Part shown: in pieces, positions 26,493 to 38,901 of the stretch
Layout of the letters: each line of letters starts with the position of its first letter
How positions within the stretch are numbered: the stretch's first letter is position 1
Source: Eledone cirrhosa
Taxonomy: Eukaryota
Length of the DNA stretch: 64,000 nucleotides
Assembly: GCA_964016885.1 (NCBI GenBank)
Contig: OZ024741.1
Location: forward strand, 118,110,001 to 118,174,000
Direction of reading: 5' to 3'
The notes under the pieces: model-generated
What the model was told of the DNA's origin: nothing
Seen by the model: only the letters and a program-made list of their open reading frames with translations
The model's database searches: none
Made by a program: the position numbers and the translations under genes

Positions 26493-27100
26493 ATTAGATG
26501 AGTAGCCCGTCGTTGCTGGGCAATAATCACAATAGTATGGCTTTATTTCAATTTCTTTTTATTCATGTCTTCCCCGAAGGATAGTCCCCTTGATGTGGAC
26601 AGATTTCTTTGTTAATTGGGTCAATTTATGTTTGTAAAACAATGTTTGTTGTTTTTCAATCTGGTACATAGATGTATAGATTTTTCTGATTTCTTACCCT
26701 TGAACGACCATAGGTGAAGCAGGGCTCTTCAATGTGTAAACCGGCAACCAAAAATGTGTCCTTGTGATTTGTTGATGGTCATGACAAAACTAAGTCTCAC
26801 CGGAAATTGAAGTCGTTTGAATTGAAATGGGGCATCAGTGGGGGATAAGAGGAATTCTTTGATCGAACACATCCTCTCCTCTATTACATCCTGTTGAAAT
26901 GATGGCTAGAATCACGTATGGATACATATTTTTCACAACCAATCGAGTGCCGTTGCATGGCCTTGGTGGATCCAAATGTCTGAATAACATGATGGGTGCT
27001 ACTGCTTTAAGGTGAAGGACATCTGGAGGTATTCTTGGTGATTTTAAATAGTGGAGGAACTCAGTGGGATAATTGACAATTTCAAACTGTTCCGCCAGTG
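26493..27100 (-). mobile_element. Helitron 3' fragment: PIF1-like helicase C-terminus and terminus
   Basis: NYPTEFL...LHLK...CNGTRL...RIPLIPTDAPFQFKRLQFPVRLSFVMTINKSQG. 3' hairpin GCCC...GGGC followed by CTAA|T. Confidence 0.9.
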
Positions 27101-27208
27101 TTGAAAGATCGATAGAGCTTCGAAACGTTTACATATATAAGTTTATCCCGGGTTCAATCGGGGGTAACCACAGTAAGTAAGGTACTCAATACATAGAGTA
27201 TAAATATC

Positions 27209-27296
27209 TAATATAGAAATGGCTTCTACAGGACTAGAACTGATGATTTCCACCGAATGAAACAGTTCTAGTCCTGTAGAAACCATTTCTATATTA
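27209..27296 (+). repeat. 34-bp inverted repeat enclosing a truncated hammerhead-like core
   Basis: Arm taatatagaaatggcttctacaggactagaactg and its reverse complement; CTGATGA...GAAAC...GTC inside. Family pieces also at about 6365, 36190 and 55800. Confidence 0.7.
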
Positions 27297-28239
27297 TATA
27301 TATATATATATATTTGGGGAGGGTCATATTACTATAATATTGCCTGAAATAATAGAACACAGAGAAATATGTGCACATACATAAACCATATTAAAATAAT
27401 GTCACGAGGGAGATAAAATAAGAGCTGCCCAAGCGTTTCAATCATTGACTTTTGCATTCAAACCTTTTGTGACCATTCTTTAGGGTGTGGCCTGCGGTGA
27501 CCTAATAGTTGATGTAGCAGAAGACACTCAACATGGAAGTTATATATATATATATAGCAAAGAATGTGTCGTAAGATACCAGGTGGATCATAACGCACCA
27601 GAGCACTCAAAATAACACACACGCACGCACTCTCCAATTCGGTTCGATAATCTATCACAGGAGATGATAGAAACCAGGCTGAAAGGACCAAAACATGAGG
27701 GGCGGGATGACTATTTATCAGGTTCACAACATAAAAACCAAATTTATAAGATGGGGATTTGTTAGACTGTTATAATTATTCCTCCATAATGATTGGTTCT
27801 ATTGTATTGGAATGTTTATTGGGGGTCGATTTTGGTATATAAAATAGCAGACAAGATGAAAGCTATTCCATTGTAAATATTCGCCTTTTGATTTTCTTTT
27901 TTCTTTTTTTAATCGATAAACAGAAAATATTTATTTGTGAAAATATTTTTCCAATTTATTTTGGTAATTTTTTTTAAAATTATTTTTGCAATTATTTTTC
28001 CCGATATCAATCTTCTCTCTCACATCACGCTGTTAGCAGGGAATTGCCACCCACCAATAAATTAACTCAACAAAGCGAGGCAGTCGGATATAAGTTGGAG
28101 AAAATTGCCGGCTACCAACAAGGTGTGGGGGCTGGATATTAGTCCTAGTAAAGAAACTTGTTTTAATAAGATTTGAACGTTTCATTCCTTTTATCACGGA
28201 CCTTTTTTTTTATCGTTTTCGCTCACTTCTACCTAGGTG

Positions 28240-28790
28240 GGTCGTGGGGGCAGAGCTCGCAAAAACGTCTTCCAGAGGGTCCTATCAGAAACAACCGTCT
28301 CCAATTGATCCGGCTGAATTCCCCAGCGAGACCAGCTGAGCTCATGGATGTTATCTAACCATCTTGATCGTGGTCTACCCTCGGTCTCTTGTCAGTTGCT
28401 TTTCTCGTAAAATCTGTCCAGCGATTCTTTCACTAGACATTCTAACCACACGTCCGTAATATCGGAGGAGCGGCTCTACCTGGAACGTCTCCCTGATCTC
28501 CGAGCTATATACTCTGTTGAGTAACGTATACCAAAGACCCTTCGGAGGAACCCCATTTCGACTGATTGTATTCGCGATTGTATTCTTTCGGTCATTACCT
28601 AAGATTCATGACCATAGGTAAGGTTAGGCATGAACATTGAATTGAAGATAGTGAATTTGGCGTTTCCACCTACCTACCTTTTCATGACCGATGCTGAAGC
28701 TAGTGCATTACTGCACCAACTGTAATTCTTGCACTTAATTCAGCGTCCTGCCTTCCATCACTGGTGAAAACAACCCCGAGATACTTAATT
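28240..28790 (-). pseudogene. Decayed RTE-type LINE 3' fragment
   Basis: RIQSVEMGFLRRV-type C-terminal motif. Its 3' end is shared with 58780-58915, and a similar piece lies at 29750-29910. Confidence 0.65.
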
Positions 28791-29187
28791 CACATTCATT
28801 CTATATCTGCCATTTTATATAGCAGAAGTGAACCATCCTTTGTTTGCTTTGATTTTGATTAAATCTTTTGGATATGTCTCGAAGTTAGAGTAAAGTATGG
28901 CAATGCGAGGATGATAAATCGAATAGTATTCCTGTTAAGATTATTTAACACTAAGCCTATCTTCCCTGATTCAGTTGACCTATGAAGAGTGTTCCATCCA
29001 TGCCAACTCACTTGGAAAAGTCTATCTTTATGTAACGTTCCATCTGTTTGTTGTCTTACTCTTACTCTTGTATTTTAAATTGGAAAAGCAAACATGTATA
29101 CATATGAAGGTGGATCTTCTACATAGTCGCCGAACCTGTTAGTGGCCAAATCACGCTCTATTGACTTAAACAAACATACCCTTAGAG

Positions 29188-29373
29188 CAGGGTTTTCCAA
29201 ACTTTTTCAAACGTGCAACCCCTTTTTGGTTCAGAAACTTTTGGGGCAACCCCAAAGTCTAATACTGTTATATGGTCGTAATATAAATATACTCCTCTAC
29301 TTTTTATCACGGAACCCCAGACATTCCTTTGTGGAACGCTTGGGTTCCGCGGAACCCACTTTATGAACCACTA
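29188..29373. mobile_element. hAT (Charlie-like) MITE
   Basis: CAGGGTTTTCCAAAC left end, degenerate right end, 8-bp TSD CCTTAGAG/TCTTAGAG. Confidence 0.75.
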
Positions 29374-30119
29374 TCTTAGAGAGACAAGATCATCATGGCT
29401 GGAATAACTTTGATGAAAGACACTCATCTATGATCGACTAAAAGCATGAAACCAGTGTCAAAGCATGACCGATGTCCAATGACTGAAACCAATAAAAAGA
29501 TGAAAGTCTACATGTATCAGTACAACTGGAAATTACGAAAAGTTGTTGTAAAAATGTAATATTTTCTAGTTACACCAATCATCTCATTCACACGTTATAA
29601 TCTTTCATATAACATTTTTACTGACATTTTATTTTTTTTATTTTTGTACTGTTAATTTTTGTTTTATTTGTTCAAATAAAACTTCGATCTATAGAATAAC
29701 CCTTGTGTTTTAGTTTCTTAACTGGTCTATCTCTTACGTTTGATAACATGGAAGATTCTTTCCTTAGACATTCTAACATGTCCGTAAAATCGGAGCTGTT
29801 ATCTCTCAATTCGGAAAAGTAGCGACTCTACCTGGAACGACTTCATGATCTTCGAGTAACGTTACTCCGCAATCCCTTCGGAGGAACATCATTTCGGCCG
29901 CTTGTATTCTGGGAAGCGTATGATACATGCATAAAGGTTGCATATCCCGAACCACAAAGGAGGGTCCTGAAAACAAATGAGCACTTAGTATCATAAAACC
30001 AGGGCGAATGTAGAACAAGCGTTGAACAAAGAATATCGTTTTCAAAAATATTCTCTTCAGGCTGCGCTTTCAGACTACCTTTGTGGATTTATACCATTTC
30101 GAATAAGTCTTAAGTCTGT

Positions 30120-30376
30120 CTTAAGCCACGAGGCTCATTTGGCCGGTGCTTATCCTGGTTTCGTGGCGAGAAGCGACTGAGAGTACAAGACTCCTCCACT
30201 GGACTGGACGCCAGTCCATCGCAGGGTTATTGCTGGTACTCACTTTCAGCTGAGTATACTGGAGCAACGTGAAATGAAGTGTTTTGCTCAAGAACACAAC
30301 ACGCAACCCAGGAATCGCACCCACAACATTATGATTGTAAGTCCAACACCCTTATCACCAGACCACGTACCTCCAC
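30120..30376 (-). mobile_element. tRNA-derived SINE with CORE-like and V-domain-like boxes
   Basis: tRNA-like head, gtgttcttgagcaaaacactt (CORE-like) and ccctgcgatggactggcgtcc (V-like). Confidence 0.7.
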
Positions 30377-30664
30377 TCTCAAATAAGTGAACTACTAAAT
30401 ATATACTATCTCAAATATAGAGTAAGTGAACTGTAAAAAGTGGGCCGTCACAAAAAGAAGTTATTCATACTCTCATTGTTTTGTCTAAATTGTTCACATT
30501 TTCGGTTTAGTTAGCATAGTAGCAGTAGTAGTGGTGAGATGACTTAAGCAAGTGTTGGAATGCCTCAGCCACCGTAAGAGAGCGACCTACATTCAATGTG
30601 GAGGCTCACTTCATCATATTAGAATGATTCTTAAACAATTTTGTTATTATTATCCGGCTCTTTA

Positions 30665-31625
30665 AGGCAGTGGAATGGCAGTATTAATAGAGCGTCGGAC
30701 ACCATGATTCGTGGCATAGAGTTACAGCCCTTTAGGTTCTGATTCCAAATCCCGTAGAGGTTAGCTTTGCCTTTCATCCTTAAACAAAGTACCAGTCCTG
30801 CACTGGGGTCGATTAAATCGACCTTTCTCCTTCCTCCAAATTATTGGTTTGTGCCTAAATCAGAAACCATTATTACCCGGGCGGTGGATTGGCAGTATCG
30901 GTAGAGGGTCGGGCGCCATGCTTTGAAGCATAGAGTTAACTCCCTTTACGATCTGAGTTCAAATCCCGCCGAGGTTAACTTTGCCTTTAATCCTTACGGG
31001 GTCGATAAAATAAAGTACCAGTAATGCACTGGGATAATTGCTGGCCTGGTGCCAAAAGTAGAAACAATTATTACCCGGCTCTTTACTTTCTGCCTTCAAA
31101 TCCCGCCGAGGTCAACCTTGCCTTTCCCCCTTCCAGGTTCAATAAAAAAAAACAACAGATTTTTTTTTATTAAGGCGAAACATAATTATTACATATAGAA
31201 AAAAAACACACAGACACGCACGCACGCACGCGAGAGCAGGTAATACATACATCAGGGACCACATACAACAAAAGGCAGGCGAAAGGGGCCGACAAACGAA
31301 CAGCTACCAGAGTAAAAGATAACAATATCGCGATGAACACTGGGAAACCTAAAATAATTTTTTAGGTAAGTCAGCGCGCTAGCAGCGTTATCTCGGGTGA
31401 TAATGGGGCTGATGCGCTGAAACAACCAAGCGCCCTCACAAGCATCACCAGTTACCTGTTAGGCGAACCGCCAGTGAAGATGTGAAAATAACCTCGCAGT
31501 CAGTAGTCCGCCCCCACCAAACGTCTCGAACGCCACAAGTACCAGATAAGTACTGGTGCGATTTAATCAGTTAACTCTACCCCCCCCCCCCAATTGCTGG
31601 TCTTGTGCATGAATGAGAAACAACT
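30665..31625 (+). mobile_element. Tandem tRNA-derived SINE copies; the third is interrupted by a CRE-like insert
   Basis: Copies at about 30665, 30878 and 31085. The third resumes at about 31538 with aagtaccag. Confidence 0.85.
31165..31540 (-). mobile_element. CRE-clade non-LTR retrotransposon 3' fragment
   Basis: Minus translation LVAFETFGGGG...VTGDACEGAWLFQRISPIITRDNAASAL matches the ETxG...LFQRxS...RGNA C-terminal RLE pattern. Confidence 0.7.
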
Positions 31626-31705
31626 ATTATAGTTATTAAAAGGTTTTGATTTCAGACTTGAAGGTCTGAAGTTTAAGAATTTATGATTCGGTTGTTGCTG
31701 TTTTC

Positions 31706-31748
<43 letters not shown>

Positions 31749-32029
31749 AAGTAACCCGGGGTGATGACGATGGTGATGTCGACGACGAGAATCATGATGG
31801 TGGTGGTGATGGTAGTGTTATTATTTTGGTTTCTGTAAATAAGTTTGAATATCTTTAGTAGTGTTGCCTATTTACGTGTGTGTGTGTGTGTGTGTGCACT
31901 TACCTCCATCCAGTGTCTGTAAACTAAGCAGTACGGTGCTCAACGCAGAACTGTAACCCATAAACAGGACACAAATAGACTTCGCATAATTCATCTTTCC
32001 CCAAAGTTAAGTCAGAAAAATGGTGATAT

Positions 32030-32130
<101 letters not shown>

Positions 32131-32959
32131 CTTTTACTGTAACTTTCTGTCTATCTGTTTCTATCACTTTCCTTCTTTCTCGCTGTTATCCTTCTCTATC
32201 CCTTTCTCTCTTTACATTTTTGTCTCGCCTTGCTTCCTGTTTTGCCCTCACATTCTCTCTATCACGTGGCAGGTCATATCACGGAATCCATCCTCTCCAC
32301 TGCTTTAGACATTTCCACAATGATGTTACGCAGTACCGGCTTTACATTATGCTTAGGAGTGGTTAAACAGGGATGGAGATATCTTCCTGCCCCAAAAATC
32401 TTTTACGATGTATTTTTCAAATGTTTTTAGCTAGCACATGGCCTCATTTGTCCTAAACCCGGCACTACTGTTATGTGACAAAAATGTTTAGCTATTTATT
32501 TATTGATCGCAGGAAATAATTTTATATTTAATTTAATTTCCTGATACAAATATGTATGAAACTGTAATCCTTTAAGGTTCGGTAATACACTCCTCTGAGG
32601 TCTGCGCCGTTGGTGGCAGCCTAGTTCGCCATAATGGTAGCTCGGCACTAGCTGTAGTTAGCATAAGTTTGGTGACTTAATTCGAAATTCTTTACATCAA
32701 TTCTTTAATGAAGCGTTTAAATACGGAAAAGTGAAAACATAAAGACTCGTTTCAAAATCAATAAAGTTTAATTCTGCTAAGACAATGTGACCACGCCGGA
32801 TCACGGAAAGTAAGTTTCGTGAGTTACAATAGCAAGGTTGGTATATAAAACAAACAGCTCGGACTTTAAAAAAATTCAACTAGAATTTTTTTTAAAAAAT
32901 GGGCGAAGAGCGGCAATTTTTTTTTTTGAAGAAAACTATTTGAAAACTTTACAATAATG

Positions 32960-33162
32960 ATTTCTAGTATCGGCACAAGGCCAGTAATTTGGGGGAAGGG
33001 GAAAGTTGATTAAATCGAACCAGTACGTTACTGTTGCTTTATTTTATAGACCCCGTAAAGGACCGTAATTCTAGCGGGATTTGTACCCAGACCGTAAAGG
33101 ACCGTAACTCGATGCTGCAAAGCATGGTGTCCGACTCTCTACCGATACTGCCAATCCACCGT
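32960..33162 (-). mobile_element. tRNA-derived SINE
   Basis: Reverse of the family consensus. Confidence 0.8.
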
Positions 33163-33599
33163 CCTTAAAAACTTTACAATAATAATATTTAAATGAAACA
33201 AAAAATGGAAAGGGAAAGAAAAAAAAGGATAAAGAAGAATTAAGTAATGAAGGAAAGGTGAGAGAGACAGACTGTACACCCTAGTCTGAGTGGTGATTCT
33301 GCCGTGCCTTGCTGACAGAATAGCGAAAACATTGCCACGGAGAATGGTCAGCGACACCGCTTGCATAACCCACCCCACCTTACAAAACTCCTTCCTCGAG
33401 CGGGCTGCTCTTCTTGCAGGGGAGATTGGCAGTGCGGGGACCAACTTTTTCAATGTTTATGAGTGGGAAAAACTAATTCAATATTGCCATAGTAAGAGAA
33501 ATTGTCCAATGTTAAAAATTTCAAACTAGATCACAGGAGTAAAGGGAAACCTCTCACTTTATAACATGAAAAATCAATGGATAAATTACAAAGTTGTTT

Positions 33600-33990
33600 A
33601 TCATCATCATCATTAAAATCGCCATCGTTTAACGTCCATTTTCCACGCTAGCATGGGGTAGACGAGATGTCGTATTAAAGGTAAGTTGGATCAGGTAACT
33701 GTGTCTTACTGATATAGAACTGTTTCTGGCTAGATTTTTACATATGGATGCCCTTCCTAACGCTAACCACATTTATAATGTGCGCTTGGGGCTTTTTGCC
33801 GTGAATCCTACACGACCACTTTACAGTGTGGGCTGGGTGCTTTTTGTCGTAACTCCTACACGACCACTTTACAGTGTGGGCTGGGTGCTTTTTGTCGTAA
33901 CTCCTACACGACCACTTTACAGTGTGGGCTGGGTGCTTTTTGTCGTAACTCCTACACGACCACTTTACAGTGTGGGCTGGGTGCTTTTTG
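33600..33990 (-). mobile_element. RTE 3'-UTR-derived element with four 48-bp tandem repeats
   Basis: Unit cctacacgaccactttacagtgtgggctgggtgctttttgtcgtaact at 33806-33990. (GAT)n tail at 33601. Confidence 0.85.
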
Positions 33991-34894
33991 TTTATATAAA
34001 AACAAAACACACTATTAAAGGAAAGAAAAAAAGAAGAATCAAGCAAGGAAAGAAAAGGAGAGGGACAGCTGCTACAGCCCCGTCTGGGCAGTGCCTCAGC
34101 TACACCACGCGGACAAAATGGCAAAGGTGTCACCGCGGAAAATACCCAGGGACACCCGCTCTAACAGCCGCATACGTATAAACCAAAAGTAATCTATGGG
34201 CTTTCATTTAAGCAGCTGAGGTGTTGTCAGTTGCATATGGCGTTAGACTAGTTGAAAGGGAACCGCAGAGCTTTCACCTTTTAGGTGGGGGTGTATGCAG
34301 GTGTGTGGCGGGGATGCGTGGTATCGTAACTCCCGGGGAAGTAGCAGGGGCGTCATATTAACATATAGCGTTTCTAGTGCATTTTAAAATCAATCCTCTC
34401 CAGGTCTGATATATATATATATCGAATGTAGAAAAGTAACACACGAGTTGATATATATAAAAACAAATAGTAGAAAGGAAAAATATTTTTTTCAGTAGAT
34501 AATGCTGAAGAGATTCTTTCAGTGTAATATCAAAACATTTATTTATTTATAAAGAGGATATTTCCGCATTTAATAATGGTACCGGTTTCAGCATTATATG
34601 CATAGTCAACTGCGGATATGCATAATATGGTTAAGATCCATATTTATACAATTGATAATAATAAAAAGGGGAAGAAAAATTATTAATTTTTACATACATA
34701 TTTTGAGAGGAGAGTTCATATCTCTGTCTGTGGTTGTCCTTCTTTCTCTGTTAGTAGGTTAACAGAAGAATTGTAAATCTGGGTTTTTCGAATAATAATA
34801 ATATTCGATTCGTTTGCAATTATGCAAACAGCCTCCTAAGCCATGTCAGTAGAATGACCCGTCATTCTTGCTCTTGTGTTCGCATATAAGCAAA

Positions 34895-34941
34895 ACGGCA
34901 AACACTAATGTTTCTGGGTTATTACTCTTCATCAGTACCGT
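34895..34941 (-). ncRNA. Type I hammerhead motif with an imperfect stem II
   Basis: ACGGTA-CTGATGA-AGAGTAATAACCCA-GAA-ACA(ttag)TGT-T-TGCCGT, inside an element with inverted arms at about 34800-34908 and 35260-35369. Confidence 0.6.
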
Positions 34942-35370
34942 ATACTGTTTAACTGTCAGAGCTAGTGAAAATATATGATACTTTCTGGAATATACAATGA
35001 CTGATCGGCCTGATTTGCATATTAGCAGACTGACTGATCAGTCAGATCTGCATATTAGCAGACCCACTGATCAGCCAGATTTGTATATCAACAGACTGGC
35101 CAGTCAGTTTTATGTATACGAGCAATTAATGGCCGGCTTTGCCATAATCAAATAACTAACAAATAGTTTTATCGCTCTACAAGACTGAATACAAGAAATG
35201 TAAATCTGAGTTTATCGAATATTGATAATAATATTCGATTCGCTTGCAATTATGCAAAGACTAGTGTTTGCCATTCTGTTCATATGCCAACACAAGAACA
35301 AGAATGACGAAGTCATTCTACTGACATGGCTTAAGAGGGTGTTTGCATAATTGCAAACGAATCGAATATC

Positions 35371-35830
35371 GGATTGGCAGTATTGGTAGAGGGTCGGACG
35401 CCATGCTTTGACGTATTGAGTTACGGCTCTTGCCATTCTGAGTTCAAATCCCGCCAAGGTTAACTTTGCCTTTCATCCTTACGGGGTCGATAAAATAAAG
35501 TACCAGTAATGCACTGGGTAATTGCTGGCCTTGTGCCTAACGTAGAAACAATTATTAATATATCCCGCCGAGGTTAACTTTGCCTTTCATCCTTACGGGG
35601 TCGATAAAATAAAGTACCAGTAATGCACAGGGTAATTGCTGGCCTTGTGCCAAAAGTAGAAACAATTATTAATATTTGAAAAACTCAGACCCCGTAAGGA
35701 TGAAAGGCAAAGTTAACCCCGCCGGGGTTAACTTTGCATTTCATCCTTACGGGATCGATAAAATAAAGTACCAGTAATACACTGAGATAATTGCTAGCCT
35801 TGTGCCAAATGTAGAAACAATTATTAATAT
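35371..35830. mobile_element. SINE followed by partial tandem and inverted re-copies
   Basis: Three direct copies of the core and an inverted piece at 35688-35718. Confidence 0.85.
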
Positions 35831-35883
35831 TCGAAAAACTCAGACTTACATTTTTTGTATCGAGCCATGTAGAGCGATAAAAC

Positions 35884-35930
<47 letters not shown>

Positions 35931-36098
35931 ATAATAATAAAATTGAAGACTAAAATCCAAAGAGGGCTCGATAAGGAAAATATATATCAAATATATAAGA
36001 ACCGTAGAGCAAATATTTATTAAAATAACAGATTAAAGTTTAAGCAAAGAATCGCTGCTTTCACCCTTAATGGGATCTTCTGAAACTAACAAAGTCAA

Positions 36099-36173
<75 letters not shown>

Positions 36174-36251
36174 TTAATATAGATGAGATGTATTGCTATG
36201 TATTGAGTACCTTACTTACTGTGGTTACCTCCGATTCAACCCGGAATAACG

Positions 36252-36323
<72 letters not shown>

Positions 36324-36325
<2 letters not shown>

Positions 36326-36760
36326 ATTAAGTTAAAAATGTACATCCACATATGTATACTGAAATACTAGTATGCATATGAACCGGTACGTACTCGCGCT
36401 CTATGCAGGTTGGTCTGCCCACTACTAGTTTTCATAGAAGAGGCATATAGCGATGTGTGCTTTCGCGATTCTCTGGAGAGGCCGGAGGATGGGTGAGTAT
36501 TGCTGATGAGATGTAACAACATCGAAACTAGTCCAATATTCCTTGTCTGGCTTTCTGGAGAATGGAGGAAAGGTGTTTCCTCAAAAACCAGTATGACTCT
36601 AAGAACCGGTTTGTCTGTGTGTCTACATACGGAATAGCTGGACACTCACAGTAAAGTGACCAGTGAAAACTCGGTACATCTACATATGTACACGTGTGTG
36701 TATTCATATGCATACTAGTATTTCAGTATACATATGTGGATGTACATTTTTAACTTAATT
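36324..36760. mobile_element. Fold-back insertion with about 58-bp perfect inverted ends (PLE/retrozyme-like)
   Basis: aattaagttaaaaatgtacatccacatatgtatactgaaatactagtatgcatatgaa and its reverse complement at 36703-36760. Confidence 0.85.
36496..36540 (+). ncRNA. Canonical minimal type I hammerhead ribozyme
   Basis: AGTATTG-CTGATGA-GATGT(aaca)ACATC-GAA-ACTAGT-C-CAATATT. Every core nucleotide is intact; predicted GUC cleavage after 36533. Confidence 0.9.
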
Positions 36761-36856
36761 GTTTGAGCGCCAGTCATACAAAAGTGAGTTACAAACGAAA
36801 CGAAATTTAATTTCGTTTCGTTATTTGTTTTTATATATATATATATATATATATAT

Positions 36857-36918
<62 letters not shown>

Positions 36919-36931
36919 ATTTATATATATA

Positions 36932-37102
<171 letters not shown>

Positions 37103-37632
37103 ATATATATATTTAATACATTAACAGAGAAAGCTTTAATCAATACTCCGACCGGCTTCCGTCTCACTCAACAAACATTAGGATATACCTTAGTATAATC
37201 CCAATTATACGTCTGGGGTGCTAACTATACGTATTTTGAGGATAGTCAGTTGTATTATTTTATATGAGACATAATCAAAATACATCTCTCCTTCCAAACG
37301 ATCGTTTCATTATAAGTTTTCTACAAATTGGGAAAATAATGTCCTGGTTATGTAGAAGCCTACACATAGTCCGTAGGAATATATGTAGGTGGGCACTTAT
37401 AAATCATCAGTGGATGCCCGACAAATATCGATATAAAAAAAACCTTACCGATATTAATGTCCAGCGATGGTACCCCTCCGTGCTAGAATGACCGCCAAAT
37501 TTGAAATTCCAGCAGTCTCACAATGAGAAATCTCAAACTGCCATCAAGCGGAAAGGGGAGGTCATCGCAAAACATAAAATAATAAAATAATATGCACGCG
37601 GGTCAATTAATTCTTTCAATAATCTTAACCAT

Positions 37633-37664
<32 letters not shown>

Positions 37665-37717
37665 TATTATTATAGAGTTCGATAAGGATAATATATATAA
37701 AACCGTAGAGCAAATAT

Positions 37718-37855
37718 TTATTAAAATAACAGATTAAGGTTTAAGCAAATAATCGCTGCTTTCACCCTTAACGGGATCTTCAGAAGATTTTCAGAAGATC
37801 CTGTAAAGGGTGAAAGCAGCGATTCTTTGCTTAAACTTTAATCTGTTATTTTAAT
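37718..37855. repeat. Palindrome of two back-to-back hammerhead-bearing arms; third copy at about 35965-36090 (-)
   Basis: Minus arm CTGAAGA-TCCC(gttaa)GGGT-GAAA-GCA...TGC-TT-AAAC. The plus arm and third copy read CAGAAGA. Confidence 0.75.
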
Positions 37856-37899
37856 GAATAAATAAATATATATATATATATAAATAAATAAATAAATAA

Positions 37900-37937
<38 letters not shown>

Positions 37938-38080
37938 TCATCTTTTTCCATTTCTAAGAGGGTTCTAAACCCTACTATCAGGCTAAAATTTCTTTAGTAA
38001 AAAAAAATACGGCAAAAGCTTCTATTTCTATTTTCAAACTCACTCGCTGTTTCAAAACAAATTTACATATGTCACACACA

Positions 38081-38229
<149 letters not shown>

Positions 38230-38611
38230 GATATTAACAAATGGAAACTATATTTATAAAACCATATTTATTTCATTATACATATTTCAAGGACACCAAG
38301 TTAAATTATGGTGTGCTTTCATCAGATAAAATATAATATAGAGCAGTTTTATAAATAAATATTGATATACCCTTAAAGAATGCGACCATTACTGTTGGAA
38401 GCTCCCGGATATATATATATATTATAATAATAATAAAAATAATAATAATAATAATATTTATACTTATATACAGTATATAATCTATATATAATTAAAAATA
38501 AGATACGGGTAATATTGTGTATTACCCAATTACCAGTAAGAAAATTAGCTCAATGTAAATATCAGATATACAACATAGAAAACAATCAAACTTTTGTTTA
38601 ATGCATTTAAT

Positions 38612-38658
38612 TGCTAACGATCGTTTCTTCCAGACAAATGTCTGGAATCATCGGAGCA
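38612..38658 (-). ncRNA. Type I hammerhead motif with a U4C change
   Basis: TGCT-CCGATGA-TTCCAGAC(attt)GTCTGGAA-GAA-ACGATCGT-T-AGCA. An inverted partial copy lies at 39644-39690. Confidence 0.7.
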
Positions 38659-38703
38659 TATACAATGTTAAAACAAATTCCTAATCCTTAGAACATTCAT
38701 TAA

Positions 38704-38901
38704 CCCTTTAGCATTTAAACCGGCCATATCCGGCCAGAATTCTCTCATCTCTTTCTGTTCAAACCGGCTGTAACCGGCCACTAAGGTATTGTTCTCAAAA
38801 TAAACAATATAAAAATCTCACAGATTCGATATTATGTGAGATGAAGCCTTCGCCATCGAAATATAATAGTAAATATATAGAGTAATGTGAATGCTAAAGG
38901 G
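38704..38901. mobile_element. piggyBac-type MITE (198 bp)
   Basis: TTAA|CCCTTTAGCATT ... AATGCTAAAGGG|TTAA. Confidence 0.92.

Noticed and set aside
30878-30975. tRNA gene
   Set aside because: A/B-box-like head of a multi-copy SINE; no complete cloverleaf.
33806-33990. CRISPR-like array (also the 51-bp repeats at 42017-42200)
   Set aside because: Contiguous tandem repeats with no unique spacers, no cas genes and a eukaryotic context.
34578-34630. Minus-strand GAAACCGGTA hammerhead half
   Set aside because: The 5' core reads TTGACTA and stem I does not pair; at best a remnant.
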